Shown here one piece after another: positions 18,528-29,238 of a stretch of DNA of 64,000 nucleotides. Position 1 is the first letter of the stretch, and each line of letters opens with the position of its first letter. This stretch comes from Nitrospinaceae bacterium. Its GTDB lineage: Bacteria; Nitrospinota; Nitrospinia; Nitrospinales; Nitrospinaceae. The notes beneath the pieces are model-generated. The model searched no databases. It worked only from the letters and a program-made list of their open reading frames with translations, and was not told the DNA's origin. The translations under genes and the position numbers were made by a program. The stretch is taken from the NCBI GenBank assembly GCA_965237905.1, contig OZ250172.1, positions 704,001 through 768,000 of the forward strand, read 5' to 3'.

Positions 18528-21085
18528 ATGGACTGGAAAAGGATGACGCCTCTGCTTCCTTATTTTCTGGTTTACCTGTCGGGAATTCTCGCGGCCCTGC
18601 CGGCGTCGCAGAATTTTCTGTCCCCTTATTTTCTGTCACTCGCGACGGCCATCACCGGCGCGTTCCTGTTTGCCCGGTCGCGTCGCAACTTTCCCATCAA
18701 GTCCATCGTTCTAGTGTTGCTGTTTCCACTGGGATTCTCCGCGCCCGGTTGGCAGGACCGTCTCAGGCCGGAGCATCATATCTTGAATCATTTGCAGGAG
18801 GGTCAACACGCGGCAGTGGAAGGTTGGGTCGAGGAGACGCCCACGGTGTATCCCGACAAGGTGCGATACCGCGTTCGCCTGGAGCAAATCACCTACAAAG
18901 AATCTGTCCCCGTCCGCGTCAGCGGCATCGCCCGCATCACCCTCTACCAATCGAAAAACCCGTTTCGCGCCGGCGACCGGTTACGGGTCAACCGCATCAA
19001 GCTGAAGCGCCCGCGCAATTTTAAGAATCCTGGACGATTCGATTACGTGCACTACACCCGGTCGCAGGGGATCGACGTTCTGGGTGGATTATCGAAGGCG
19101 AAATATATCGAGCGCCGGGGAACGGTTCCGCTGGGAACCTTCACCTCCCTGCGCGGCAATATCAGAGAACGCATGCTATCGTTTTTCGACCGGCATCTGC
19201 CGGAGGACTCGGCGGCATTATTAAAAGCCATGTTGCTGGGGGAAAAACAATATCTGAGTGAGGAGTTGCGCCAGGCTTACATCGATACCGGACTGGCGCA
19301 TCTCATGGCGGTGTCCGGTTTGCATATCGGTTTTGTGGCGGGCGCCTGCTTTCTCATCCTGTATCCGTTGGTCTTTTACGGGCTCTGGAAATTTCGTTCC
19401 CGATGGGCCCTGCTCGGTTACGGACGGAAAATCGTCGCCCTGCTGTGTGTCTTTCCGGTCCTGTTCTACATGTTCCTGGTGGGCGCGAAAATTTCCGCTT
19501 TGCGTGCGGGCGTCATGATACTGGTCTATCTCTTCGCCGTGCTGATCAACCGGGAAAAACACCTGCTGAATGCTTTGCTCGTCGCGGCGTTCCTGATTTT
19601 GATCTGGAACCCGGAAGCGGTTGTCGGACCCGGCTTTCTGCTTTCCTTCGGTGCCTTATTGACCATTGTGCTCGCCATCCAGTTCATGGGAAAACCCTCG
19701 GGAGACGCACTAGATCAATTGGGCGAGGTGCCCTGGTACCGCCGCCTGCCGAAACCCCGCTTGAACGAAGCCTCCTGGGGCGCACGCCTCTACGATGTTT
19801 TTCAATCCACCGTTTTCATCACCCTGGCCGCCCTGTTGGGAACTCTACCGATTCTGATTTATTTTTTCAACCACATCAGCATCGGCGGCATTTTCCTGAA
19901 CCTGCTGTTGGTGCCACTGACGGCCCTGCTGATTCCCCTGGGATTACTGACCTCCCTGCTGGCTTTGCTCTATGAACCTATAGGAACTCTGCTGATGCCT
20001 TTGACCGCGGGACTGCTCCACATTTACGTCGGCCTGCCCCGGTTGGCCGCTAAGCTACCCTTCATGTCCTTTTATGTCCCGACGCCGCCGGCAGTCTGGC
20101 CGATTCTTTACTATGGGTTACTGATAGCGATTCCCACTTGGCTTCGATCCCGAAAATCGATTAAAGAACCGGTCCCCGGCCATCGCGGCCCTTGGAACAA
20201 ATTGTATCCCTGGGCATTGGCGCTGGCTTCGGTGACTTTGATCGTCAGTTTTATCTGGCCGCGTTTTCCTTTTTTTAAAAGCGGAAAACTTTCGGTCTAT
20301 CTGCTGGACGTGGGACAGGGCGAATCGATTTATATGGAGTTCCCCAACGGCAAGACTCTGTTGTTGGATGGCGGCGGTTATTTCCGCAACAGTCTGGATG
20401 TCGGCAAGCTCGTGGTCGCGCCGTTTCTCTGGAACCGCGGCCTGTGGGGACTCAGCTATGTGGGCGCCACCCATTCCGACCACGACCACATCAGTGGCCT
20501 GGAATCTCTCGCTGAACTGGTTTCCATCGGCCATTTTCTGGATCGGCGGCCCGCGCTTCCCGATCGCCGCATTGATCGCTTGAAGGACCGTCTACTGGAA
20601 CAGGATACGATCCCCCTCCCTCTGCAACCGGGCCGACCCTGGAAGGTCGGCGAGGTGCGCCTGACCCTGCTCCATCCCACACCGGAATTTATTGCCGCTT
20701 CCCCTGCGCACAACAAGATCGGGAACGATTTGTCCATGGTCTGGAAAATCGAATACGGCGCGTTCAGCATGCTGTTGACGGGAGACATCACCGAAAAAGC
20801 CGAGCGGTATCTGGGGAACATGAGGCCCCCTTGCGAGCGGGAATCCTGAAGGCCCCGCACCATGGCAGTCGCACGTCGAGTCATCCGGATTTCATTCGGG
20901 CGGTCGGGCCTCATGACGTCATCGTCTCCAGCGGACGGTTCAATGTATTCCACCATCCGCATCCCAATATTGTGGACCGTTACCGCCAGGAAGGAGCCAC
21001 CCTGTGGCGGACCGATCTGCAAGGCGCCATCTGCATCACCACCGACGGCACCGACACCCGAATCACTGACCATAAGGATTTATAA
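18528..21085 (+). pseudogene. comEC: ComEC/Rec2 DNA uptake protein, frameshifted within the C-terminal metallo-beta-lactamase domain
   Basis: Competence domain (GLAHLMAVSGLHIG), MBL motifs LDVGQG and THSDHDH. Frame stops at 20849; the missing KAPHHGS...WRTDLQG segment is in ORF 20831-21085. One extra base at 20813-20816 restores a continuous frame. Confidence 0.85.
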
Positions 21086-21228
21086 AATAAATAATTATAT
21101 ATTTTAAAGTCCTATCAGGCTAATAGATTAAGTTTTCTTTTTCTTATTATGACTCTGTGTTGGCCTTTGCAGAAAAACCTGTTATCCTTTGATATACGCC
21201 AAATATCACCCCTTTTAGGGAGTTCTGT

Positions 21229-22506
21229 TTGTCCAAGTTCAACAAAGTCTATTTGATATATGCCGCCCTCGCGCTGATTCCTGTGGTTATGGTTTTTTTT
21301 GACCCGCCCACCTCTAAACAAGGAACCTTTGTCAAAGGTTTTACGGAATTTTTTCCCTATCCTCTTTATATGGGATTCGCGTTGGTGGGTTTTCTGGGTC
21401 TGAAACTGAACCAAAACCGCATCCTGTTTTCCGGCCTGTTATTTCTGGGAATAAGCTTCAGTCTGATCAATCCCTCTCTATTCAATTCCTGGTGGGGTAT
21501 TGGAAAAATAGAGCTGAATGCGGCCATTGCAATGGCTTTTCCGCTGACGCTGGCACTGGCCTTCAGCTTCCGGGAAACCCGCTTCATGGATCTTCAGCAT
21601 CTGGGGCGACTGGCATTATCGCTAATCCCCATTGCTCTCGGTTTTATTCTTGCGCACGATCCGGGTTTTACAAAAATCAGACAATTCAAATTTTTGCCTC
21701 TGGACGGATTTTTGTTCCCGCAACTGGCTCTGGCCTCCCTGGCAGTTTTCGGCCTGGTGGTTTTTTTAAAGAGGGATCATAAAATCAAACCTTTTCTCAA
21801 GGTGATCGGCATCAGTCTGGTTCCATTGATGGCGGCGATTTGGGCGGGTATGAAAACCGGTAAAGGGGTCACTGATCCCTCTCCGCACATAGTGGCGGCA
21901 TTCACCGTCATCTGCGCCATCCAGCTCCATGCCGTCTTCCAGATGTACTGGCACCGGGTTTACGTCGATGAGTTGACCGATATCCCCAACCGCAGGGCCC
22001 TGGACGAACGCCTCTCCCATCTGTCCGGTGAATACGCCATTGCCATGATGGATATCGACCATTTCAAAGCCTTCAACGATAACTACGGACACGACGAAGG
22101 GGACAACGTGTTGCGGCTCGTGGGAAGTGTATTGAGCCAGGAACTGGGGGACAAAGTCTACCGTTACGGCGGTGAGGAATTCTGCGCGGTGTTCAAGGGA
22201 GTCTCGGCAGAAGACGCTTATATGTACGCCAACAAAGTACGCCGGAAACTGGAGGAACGGAATTTTTACATTCGTAAAGCCAATTCCAAACGCGAACCCA
22301 CTTCTCCCTTCGATCGGAAAAGAGCCAAAAAGAACGGTAAAAAAGTCCAGATCACCATCAGCATCGGCCTGGCCAACCCGAATAAAAAAGCCAAAACCGT
22401 CGATGCTGTGATCAAATTGGCCGACAAGGCCCTCTACAAGGCCAAGAAAAAAGGCCGCAACCGCGTGATCGTCTGGGAAATTGAAGGCGTAAAATCCGCA
22501 GTATAG
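21229..22506 (+). CDS. Membrane-bound diguanylate cyclase (GGDEF domain)
   Basis: Multiple TM helices; DELTDIPNRR, DIDHFKAFND, RYGGEEF; TTG start after AGGGAG. Confidence 0.93.
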   Translation: MSKFNKVYLIYAALALIPVVMVFFDPPTSKQGTFVKGFTEFFPYPLYMGFALVGFLGLKLNQNRILFSGLLFLGISFSLINPSLFNSWWGIGKIELNAAIAMAFPLTLALAFSFRETRFMDLQHLGRLALSLIPIALGFILAHDPGFTKIRQFKFLPLDGFLFPQLALASLAVFGLVVFLKRDHKIKPFLKVIGISLVPLMAAIWAGMKTGKGVTDPSPHIVAAFTVICAIQLHAVFQMYWHRVYVDELTDIPNRRALDERLSHLSGEYAIAMMDIDHFKAFNDNYGHDEGDNVLRLVGSVLSQELGDKVYRYGGEEFCAVFKGVSAEDAYMYANKVRRKLEERNFYIRKANSKREPTSPFDRKRAKKNGKKVQITISIGLANPNKKAKTVDAVIKLADKALYKAKKKGRNRVIVWEIEGVKSAV

Positions 22507-22602
22507 CCCTCCCCCAGCCTCATGTTTTCCCATTGAGAAGCCCGCTGAAATCTGATATAAACGATACTTTCCAATTTCATATCCACCCTTTGAGGAAGTT
22601 TC

Positions 22603-22821
22603 ATGGCCACACTTGATCAATTAAAAACCCATATTTCCACCACCAAAACCAAGCTGGACGAAGTCCAAAAGAAGGCGGGCGATGCCAAGTACGATCCGGA
22701 CGTCCGCAAAGTTCAGAAAAAATACAAGCGGTTGACCCGTAAGGCGGGAAAAATCGTTTACATGGAAAAGAAAAAAGAGGAAAAGGGGAAAAAGAAAAAA
22801 GCAGCCGGCGGCGGCGAATAA
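22603..22821 (+). CDS. Small, highly basic (Lys-rich) hypothetical protein
   Basis: 72 aa, GAGG RBS, fills the gap before gatC. Confidence 0.75.
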   Translation: MATLDQLKTHISTTKTKLDEVQKKAGDAKYDPDVRKVQKKYKRLTRKAGKIVYMEKKKEEKGKKKKAAGGGE

Positions 22822-22862
22822 TTCTCCCGCTTTGTTTTTTTGTTTCCTTCCCGGTCCCCATC

Positions 22863-23147
22863 ATGTCTTCCAATTCCTTTGATATTGAAAAGATCGCCCT
22901 CCTGGCCCGCCTGAAGCTCACAGAAGAGGAAAAAACCCGCTTGGGCCGACAGTTCGCCGGAATCCTCGAACACATCGACCAGTTGAATCAACTGGACACG
23001 GATAACGTAGAACCGACGTCGCACGTTCTGCCTCTCCAGAATGTGTTCCGTGAAGACGAAGTGAAAACCGTCTTTGAAGACGGCAAGTACCTGCCGCTCG
23101 CCCCCAGGCAGGACAAGGACCACTACGAAGTTCCGCAGATCATCTAA
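22863..23147 (+). CDS. gatC: Asp/Glu-tRNA amidotransferase subunit C
   Basis: IALLARL...VEPTSH...FRED...VPQII. Confidence 0.95.
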   Translation: MSSNSFDIEKIALLARLKLTEEEKTRLGRQFAGILEHIDQLNQLDTDNVEPTSHVLPLQNVFREDEVKTVFEDGKYLPLAPRQDKDHYEVPQII

Positions 23148-23148
23148 C

Positions 23149-24600
23149 ATGCATCAGCCCACCATCATCCAGGCCCGTCATCAACTCAAAGATAAAAAAT
23201 ATTCAGCGGTCGAACTGCTGGACGCCGTTTATAAACGCATCGACACGGTAGACGGCCGGGTGAAGGCCTACGTCCACCTGACGCGCGACATCGCACGCCG
23301 GCAGGCGGAGGAGGCGGACAAAAGATTCGCCGCCGGGGAAGACGGGCCGTTGTTGGGCGTCCCTATCGCTCTCAAGGATCTGATCTGCATGAAAGACACG
23401 CACACCACCTGCGCCTCGCATATCCTGGAAAATTTCGTGTCGCCTTACGACGCAACCGTCGTCCAGCGACTGAAATCTGCCGGAGCGGTACTGATTGGCA
23501 AAACCAACATGGACGAATTCGCGATGGGCTCGTCCAACGAAAACTCCTATTTCCACGTCACCAAAAACCCGTGGGACCTCAACCGCGTGCCCGGCGGCTC
23601 CAGCGGCGGATCGGGCGCGGCGGTGGCAGCCAACGAATGCATGGCCGCATTGGGAAGCGATACCGGCGGCTCCATCCGCCAACCGGCGGCGTTCTGCGGG
23701 ATCACCGGACTCAAACCGACTTATGGCCGGGTGTCGCGGTTCGGACTGGTCGCGTTCGCCTCATCGTTCGACCAGATCGGACCGATGACCAAAACAGCGG
23801 AAGACGCGGCGGTACTGATGAACGTCATCGGCGGACACGATCCGATGGACTCCACCTCCGCCAACGTGCCGTTACCGGACTTCACCGCGGCGTTGTCAAA
23901 AGATGTCAAAGGACTCAAAATCGGTGTCCCCAAGGAATATTTCGGGAAAGGTTTGGACGCGGACGTCGAGAAGGCGGTGCAGGAAGCGATCAAAACCTTG
24001 GAGTCAATGGGCATGCAAACGGTCGAGGTATCCCTGCCGCATACCGAGTACGCGGTGGCAACGTATTACATTCTCGCCTGCGCCGAGGCCAGTGCCAATC
24101 TGTCGCGCTACGACGGCGTCAAATACGGCTACCGGTCGGAACATGCCGGCAACCTGATGGACATGTACACCAACACGCGCGAGGAAGGCTTCGGCGAGGA
24201 AGTCAAACGGCGGATTCTGCTCGGCACGTTCGTGCTCAGCTCCGGCTATTACGACGCATACTATCTGAAGGGACAGAAAGCGCGGACGCTGATCAAACAG
24301 GATTTCGAGGAAGCCTACAAGAAGTGCGATTTGATGGCGGGACCCATCGCGCCGGCACTGGCTTTCAAGCTGGGCGAGAAGCTGGATGACCCCCTGCAGA
24401 TGTACCTGTCGGACATCTTCACCATTTCCGCCAACCTTGCGGGGGTTCCGGCGATGTCGATCCCCTGCGGCCAATCGAAGGACAACTTACCCATCGGCTT
24501 GCAGTTGATGGGCAATCACTTTGACGAAGCAACGCTCCTCAACGTCGCTCACCAGTACCAACAAACCACTGACCACCACCTCCAACACCCGGTTCTTTAG
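23149..24600 (+). CDS. gatA: Asp/Glu-tRNA amidotransferase subunit A
   Basis: Amidase signature [43 protein letters not shown]; start ATG 23149. Confidence 0.97.
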   Translation: MHQPTIIQARHQLKDKKYSAVELLDAVYKRIDTVDGRVKAYVHLTRDIARRQAEEADKRFAAGEDGPLLGVPIALKDLICMKDTHTTCASHILENFVSPYDATVVQRLKSAGAVLIGKTNMDEFAMGSSNENSYFHVTKNPWDLNRVPGGSSGGSGAAVAANECMAALGSDTGGSIRQPAAFCGITGLKPTYGRVSRFGLVAFASSFDQIGPMTKTAEDAAVLMNVIGGHDPMDSTSANVPLPDFTAALSKDVKGLKIGVPKEYFGKGLDADVEKAVQEAIKTLESMGMQTVEVSLPHTEYAVATYYILACAEASANLSRYDGVKYGYRSEHAGNLMDMYTNTREEGFGEEVKRRILLGTFVLSSGYYDAYYLKGQKARTLIKQDFEEAYKKCDLMAGPIAPALAFKLGEKLDDPLQMYLSDIFTISANLAGVPAMSIPCGQSKDNLPIGLQLMGNHFDEATLLNVAHQYQQTTDHHLQHPVL

Positions 24601-24618
24601 ACCTTCTCAGACCCCCCA

Positions 24619-24647
24619 TTGACATTGTTCGATACTTGAAATACCGT
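24619..24647 (+). promoter_or_regulatory. Sigma70-type promoter for the muramidase gene
   Basis: TTGACA-17 nt-TACCGT. Confidence 0.5.
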
Positions 24648-24693
24648 TTAGGAATACCGATTATTCAGCCCCTTCAGTTGGGAGGAATTTCAA

Positions 24694-25638
24694 ATGAACC
24701 AAACCGGGAAAGTCACGGCCAGTGTACTCAACTTCAGACCGGAACCCTCGACGCGACGCCCGCCCCTTGGCCAACTCAAACGCGGAGACACCGTGCAAAT
24801 TATCGGACGGGAGGGCCGGTGGTACAAAATTCAATCCGGCGACCAGACGGGGTATGTTTTCGGCAATTTTTTAACGATCCAGGACGACCAGCCTTTTCAT
24901 CAGTTTTTGTTCGAGCAGGAAGCCTTGCGGACCCACCCGCTGGAACCCTCCTCCGGTGAAGTCATAAAAATCGATTCGGATTTTTCGCGCGATGAAAAGC
25001 AGATGGCCCGCACCTGGAACCGGTTCGGGGGTTTGATCGAAAAACTGAGCGATAAGGTCGACATCGATCCCGGGGCCGCCCTTGCGGTACTGGTTGTGGA
25101 ATCGAGTGGCAAGGGATTTTCCGCCGACGGCCGCATGATCATCCGTTTCGAAAATCACAAATTTCTGAAGTATTACGGCAAAAAACACCCGGACACATTC
25201 AAGGCTCATTTCAAGTATGACCCAAGCAAGCGATGGCGAGGGCACCAATTTCGAAAATCACCCACCGGGCGCTGGAAGAATTTCCACGGCAGGCAACCCG
25301 GGGAGTGGGAGGTGTTCGACTTTGCGCGGGGATTGAGCGCCCCGGCGGCCATGCTCTCGATCAGCATGGGCCTGCCGCAAATCATGGGATTCAATTATGC
25401 CGCGATCGGGTACGACTCGGTGAGAGAGATGTTCGACAACTTTTCAAACGACGTGCGCTTTCATATTCTGGGACTGTTCGATTTCATTCGAGGGTCCGGT
25501 AACACGTCACCCATGCTCCAGGCCCTGCAAACCGGCAACTTTGAACAATTCGCCAGCCGCTACAACGGTCCCGGCCAGGCCGCCAAATACGGCGATTGGA
25601 TCGAAGCCAAATTTGAAACCTTCAATCAGATCATATAA
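24694..25638 (+). CDS. SH3b-domain N-acetylmuramidase (DUF3380-like)
   Basis: N-terminal SH3b (LNFRPEPS...GRWYKI...GYV); catalytic-like VESSG, IRFENHKF, SMGLPQIMGFN, FASRYNGPG. Confidence 0.85.
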   Translation: MNQTGKVTASVLNFRPEPSTRRPPLGQLKRGDTVQIIGREGRWYKIQSGDQTGYVFGNFLTIQDDQPFHQFLFEQEALRTHPLEPSSGEVIKIDSDFSRDEKQMARTWNRFGGLIEKLSDKVDIDPGAALAVLVVESSGKGFSADGRMIIRFENHKFLKYYGKKHPDTFKAHFKYDPSKRWRGHQFRKSPTGRWKNFHGRQPGEWEVFDFARGLSAPAAMLSISMGLPQIMGFNYAAIGYDSVREMFDNFSNDVRFHILGLFDFIRGSGNTSPMLQALQTGNFEQFASRYNGPGQAAKYGDWIEAKFETFNQII

Positions 25639-25645
25639 TCCGACA

Positions 25646-26368
25646 TTATCCCCGCATGTTGCCGAAGACGTCTTTGAGAAGGTCGGTGACGCGGGCGGCG
25701 GGATTGAGCCGGATTTTTTTCTCTTCATCGGCAACCATGACGAACAATCCGTTCAATGCTTTTTCGGTCACATAACCGTCGAGGTCGACCGGCAACGGCG
25801 AATCGATGGGTAACATCTTGAGCGGCTCAACCATTTTCTTGTAAGACCGGGTCACGCCAACCTGATTCATGTTGTCGGTGACGATGGGACGGAACAGCCC
25901 GGCGATGTCCGATGAGGTTTTTGCCCGGAGATAATCGGTAGCGGCGGTGTCGGGTCCGTTTAGAATCTGCCGGGCGTCGTCGAAGCTCATTTGGGTGATG
26001 GCGCTGATGAAAATCGCTTTCGCTTTCGGCGCGGCCTGCTCGGCGGCGGTGTTCATGCTGTGCTCGAAATCATCCACTACCCCGCCGAATCCGAATTTCC
26101 GGAGCATCTCGCCGGTCTTCTGGATTTCCTGCGGGAGCAGGATTTTAATCGCCTGGTTTTTAAAGTAACCGCCAGCTTGGGAGACATCCACCACGGCATT
26201 GCCGGTACCGATCGAAAGTGCTTCCTTTAACCCGGCAATAATTTTGCCCTGCGAATCCACCTGAGACATGGAGCCCTGTACATTTTTTGTGAATTGATCC
26301 AACTCGGCACATCCCGTTACCATGAACACCAATACCGACATTCCCAGAATTTTTTTGATCGGTCGCAT
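25646..26368 (-). CDS. DUF4197 family lipoprotein
   Basis: Lipobox VTGC; GLKEALSIG, MNTAAEQA, ATDYLR, EEKKIRLNP. Confidence 0.9.
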   Translation of the reverse strand: MRPIKKILGMSVLVFMVTGCAELDQFTKNVQGSMSQVDSQGKIIAGLKEALSIGTGNAVVDVSQAGGYFKNQAIKILLPQEIQKTGEMLRKFGFGGVVDDFEHSMNTAAEQAAPKAKAIFISAITQMSFDDARQILNGPDTAATDYLRAKTSSDIAGLFRPIVTDNMNQVGVTRSYKKMVEPLKMLPIDSPLPVDLDGYVTEKALNGLFVMVADEEKKIRLNPAARVTDLLKDVFGNMRG

Positions 26369-26481
26369 ACGCTCCCCTTCTCAGGTTATTTCATGAATAG
26401 CTGTTTGCTGTGCTTATTGTAACGCGGCCGGGCAACGCCCGGAGGTTTTTTTCACTTTGGCTGGCGGTGGAAGCTTTGCAA

Positions 26482-26549
26482 TTGCGCCCCACAGTCATCG
26501 CTAAATGTTAACGGTCAGCCAGTTGCCTCCCTCGGTAGAGGGCCGGGCT
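26482..26549 (-). repeat. 68-nt dispersed element, copy 2 (candidate structured RNA)
   Basis: 53/68 ungapped identity (hand count) to 59713-59780 on the + strand. Confidence 0.85.
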
Positions 26550-27468
26550 GGAGGCGGGGGATCAACTCTTCGATAAACAGGTCGAGGTAGTGAGGAGAAG
26601 CGGCGGACAGGTGCGGCTGGATGAGGACGTTGTTAAGTTCCCATAACTCAGAAGATTCCGGCAGGGGTTCGGTTTCGAATACGTCGAGGTAAGCGCCGGC
26701 GATATGCTTCTCCCGCAAGGCGTGAACGAGATCCGCTTCACGGTATGCGTTACCGCGTCCGACGTTGTACACGATGCAATGGCGCGGCAGTTGTTTGAAA
26801 TGCTCGCGGGTGAACAGGCCATCCGTGTCTGCCCCGCCGGGTAGAACGATGATCAAGTGATCGGTCTCGGGCAAAATTTCTACGAGGCGATCAGCGGTCA
26901 CCACGCGGTCATGGCTGTCAAAATAATCCGGCGGATTGATGGTTTGGCGTTTCACTCCGGTGAGGCGACACCCGAAGGGTTTGAAGACGCGGCCAATGAT
27001 CTGGCCGATGCGCCCGAATCCGAGGACAGTCACCCTCTTTTGATAGAGAGATGTGATCCTTTGAGATATTTTGACGGGGCCCCATTTTTTCTTTTTCTGG
27101 AGATCGCCGGAAAGCTGGAACGCCTTGCAGAAATAGAGAGCCGCTCCCAGGACGCTCTCAGCCATCATCAGGCCGTGAAAACCGCCGAACAGTATCGGCA
27201 GATTGGAACCGGGTTCCACATCAACCCAGTCTTTCCCGGCGGCTGGGGTGGCGATCCATTTCAGCTGAGACGAAATTTTTTGCCACTCGCGTTTGAAATA
27301 CCAGACCAGAACCCCCTTCGCTGTGGGCAAGCCGGCCAGAAATTCCTTTGAATTTCGGCAAACTACCACCGAAACCCCCGGCAAGTGTCTACTAAATTGC
27401 TCCTTATGGCGATCCTGAAAGTTCCAGGCCTCGACATGGGGGTGGGTCAGATAGATCAAAATATCCAT
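26515..27468 (-). CDS. D-2-hydroxyacid dehydrogenase family protein
   Basis: GFGRIG Rossmann motif, NVGRG, LDVFETEPLP, PHLSA. Confidence 0.92.
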   Translation of the reverse strand: MDILIYLTHPHVEAWNFQDRHKEQFSRHLPGVSVVVCRNSKEFLAGLPTAKGVLVWYFKREWQKISSQLKWIATPAAGKDWVDVEPGSNLPILFGGFHGLMMAESVLGAALYFCKAFQLSGDLQKKKKWGPVKISQRITSLYQKRVTVLGFGRIGQIIGRVFKPFGCRLTGVKRQTINPPDYFDSHDRVVTADRLVEILPETDHLIIVLPGGADTDGLFTREHFKQLPRHCIVYNVGRGNAYREADLVHALREKHIAGAYLDVFETEPLPESSELWELNNVLIQPHLSAASPHYLDLFIEELIPRLQPGPLPREATG

Positions 27469-27668
27469 TTATACTGATAACTCCTCATTTAGGGGTAGTA
27501 CAGCTTTCCATACACCGATTTACTAAAAACCATACAATTTTGAGACAACCCATCTAACATCCAATTTTTTAAATCATTCTAAATCAATCACTTAATATTT
27601 CAACCCATTTTGGCACGACTCTTGAAGTAACTGGGGTGAGATTGATAAACCTTAACCCGAGGAAACCC

Positions 27669-28004
27669 ATGATACGCTCTGAATTAGCCAATAAACTGGC
27701 CGCCAAGATGAACATTTCCAAGCAGGAAGCCGACCGTACCCTGCTGGCCTTCATCAACGGCATCATGACCAATCTGGAAAAAGATGGCCGTGTCGTCATT
27801 CAGGGATTTGGTTCATTCCGCCTGAAAGAGTACGAAGCCCGCATTGGCAAAAAGCCGGTGACTGGTGAGTCCATCCAGATTCCGGCCCGCAAAAAACCGG
27901 TATTTCACGCCAGTAAGGAATTGAACCAGCTCATCAACCGAGAGCGCACCACCGAACGTCCGGTTTATGTGGAAACGGTTCAGACACCCGTTTTCGCGGC
28001 GTAA
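27669..28004 (+). CDS. HU/IHF family DNA-binding protein
   Basis: MIRSEL...IQGFGSF...ARIGKKPVTGE...IPARKKPVF; start ATG 27669. Confidence 0.93.
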   Translation: MIRSELANKLAAKMNISKQEADRTLLAFINGIMTNLEKDGRVVIQGFGSFRLKEYEARIGKKPVTGESIQIPARKKPVFHASKELNQLINRERTTERPVYVETVQTPVFAA

Positions 28005-28043
28005 GGGAAGAAATTACTGCCAAAATCTGCTCGGCGGTATTTG

Positions 28044-28052
28044 TGCTATAAT
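28044..28052 (+). promoter_or_regulatory. Extended -10 promoter element
   Basis: TG-C-TATAAT about 90 nt upstream of ORF 28143. Confidence 0.5.
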
Positions 28053-28142
28053 TTCCTTCTCTGACCGATTTTCGAACCGAGGGAGGTTTGGGAAGTACCA
28101 GGCCTTTCCCTCAGTCCGGAATCCTCAACAAGGAGGCTGGAT

Positions 28143-28415
28143 ATGAGCGACCCCAACACTTGCAGTAAATGCGGCGCGAAAAGCGTCCTCAAGGGGGAGA
28201 TCGGCCTTCGTACCAGCAGGGACCTGGAATTGATCATGGTCGTCCGCAAAGACCATGGCATCGAGAAAAAGGTTCCCCTCCAACCGCGGGTCTGTGCCCA
28301 ATGCGGATTTGTCGACCTGTTCGTCGAAAACCCTGAGAATCTGAAAATCACCTCCAGCGACAAACCGATCGATCCCGGTTTCAAACAACGCCCCCTTCTC
28401 GAATACGATTTCTAA
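28143..28415 (+). CDS. Hypothetical zinc-ribbon protein
   Basis: CSKC...CAQCG; strong AAGGAGG RBS. Confidence 0.8.
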   Translation: MSDPNTCSKCGAKSVLKGEIGLRTSRDLELIMVVRKDHGIEKKVPLQPRVCAQCGFVDLFVENPENLKITSSDKPIDPGFKQRPLLEYDF

Positions 28416-28554
28416 TTCCCGCCCTCCGCTTCTCTACCCTGCTCAGGAATTTTCTCCCGAAAACTCTTGTCTTCATTATGCGATTAAGTAAAAATACAGA
28501 GAGTATCGTCAAATCCCCAAGTGAAACGCTCACGCTCGCAAACAGGGGTTCCAG

Positions 28555-29238
28555 ATGGGCCACATCTCAAAAGGCCAGGTTCATTTTCTCCTTTTAAAAA
28601 TTCATTCCCTGACCGGCCTGGTCCCCATCGGCCTATTCCTGACGTTCCACCTTCTCATCAATTCCCTAAGGACCGTCGGCGTGCTTCCCTACCAGTGGAG
28701 CATCGACGTGATCAACAACCTTCCCTTTCTGATCTGGATTGAAATATTCTTTATTTATATCCCGCTCCTGTTTCATTCGTTCATGGGATTTTATATCACC
28801 CAGGTCGCGAAGATGAATATCATCCGCTATCGCTATTCCCGCAACTGGATGTACATGTTGCAACGACTGACCGGTGCAGTGGTGTTCGTGTTTCTCATTT
28901 ACCACATGGGAACGACGGTGGCTCCGAAAATATGGAACAGCTATCACCTGTTCGAGGCCGCGCCTTTTCTGATCGACGTCATGAATCAGGAGTTCGCCAC
29001 CTGGACGGGACGGATTATTTATCTTGTGGGTATCCTGAGTGCCACCTTTCATTTCGCCAACGGGCTCTGGGCGTTCTGTATTTCCTGGGGCATCATCGTG
29101 GGGCCGAGGGCGCAACGCAACGCCAGCATCGTGTTCATGCTATTTGGCGGGGCGCTGACGGTCCTCGGGTTTGCCACGGTTCTCGAATTTTCATTGCACC
29201 CGGTTGACGTCGAACCCACTTTCAAGGGAGCCTCCTGA
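28555..29238 (+). CDS. sdhC: Succinate dehydrogenase/fumarate reductase cytochrome b subunit
   Basis: KIHSLTGLVP.G.FL..H, LQRLTG, FHFANGLW...WGI; five TM helices, Bacillus-type. Confidence 0.92.
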   Translation: MGHISKGQVHFLLLKIHSLTGLVPIGLFLTFHLLINSLRTVGVLPYQWSIDVINNLPFLIWIEIFFIYIPLLFHSFMGFYITQVAKMNIIRYRYSRNWMYMLQRLTGAVVFVFLIYHMGTTVAPKIWNSYHLFEAAPFLIDVMNQEFATWTGRIIYLVGILSATFHFANGLWAFCISWGIIVGPRAQRNASIVFMLFGGALTVLGFATVLEFSLHPVDVEPTFKGAS

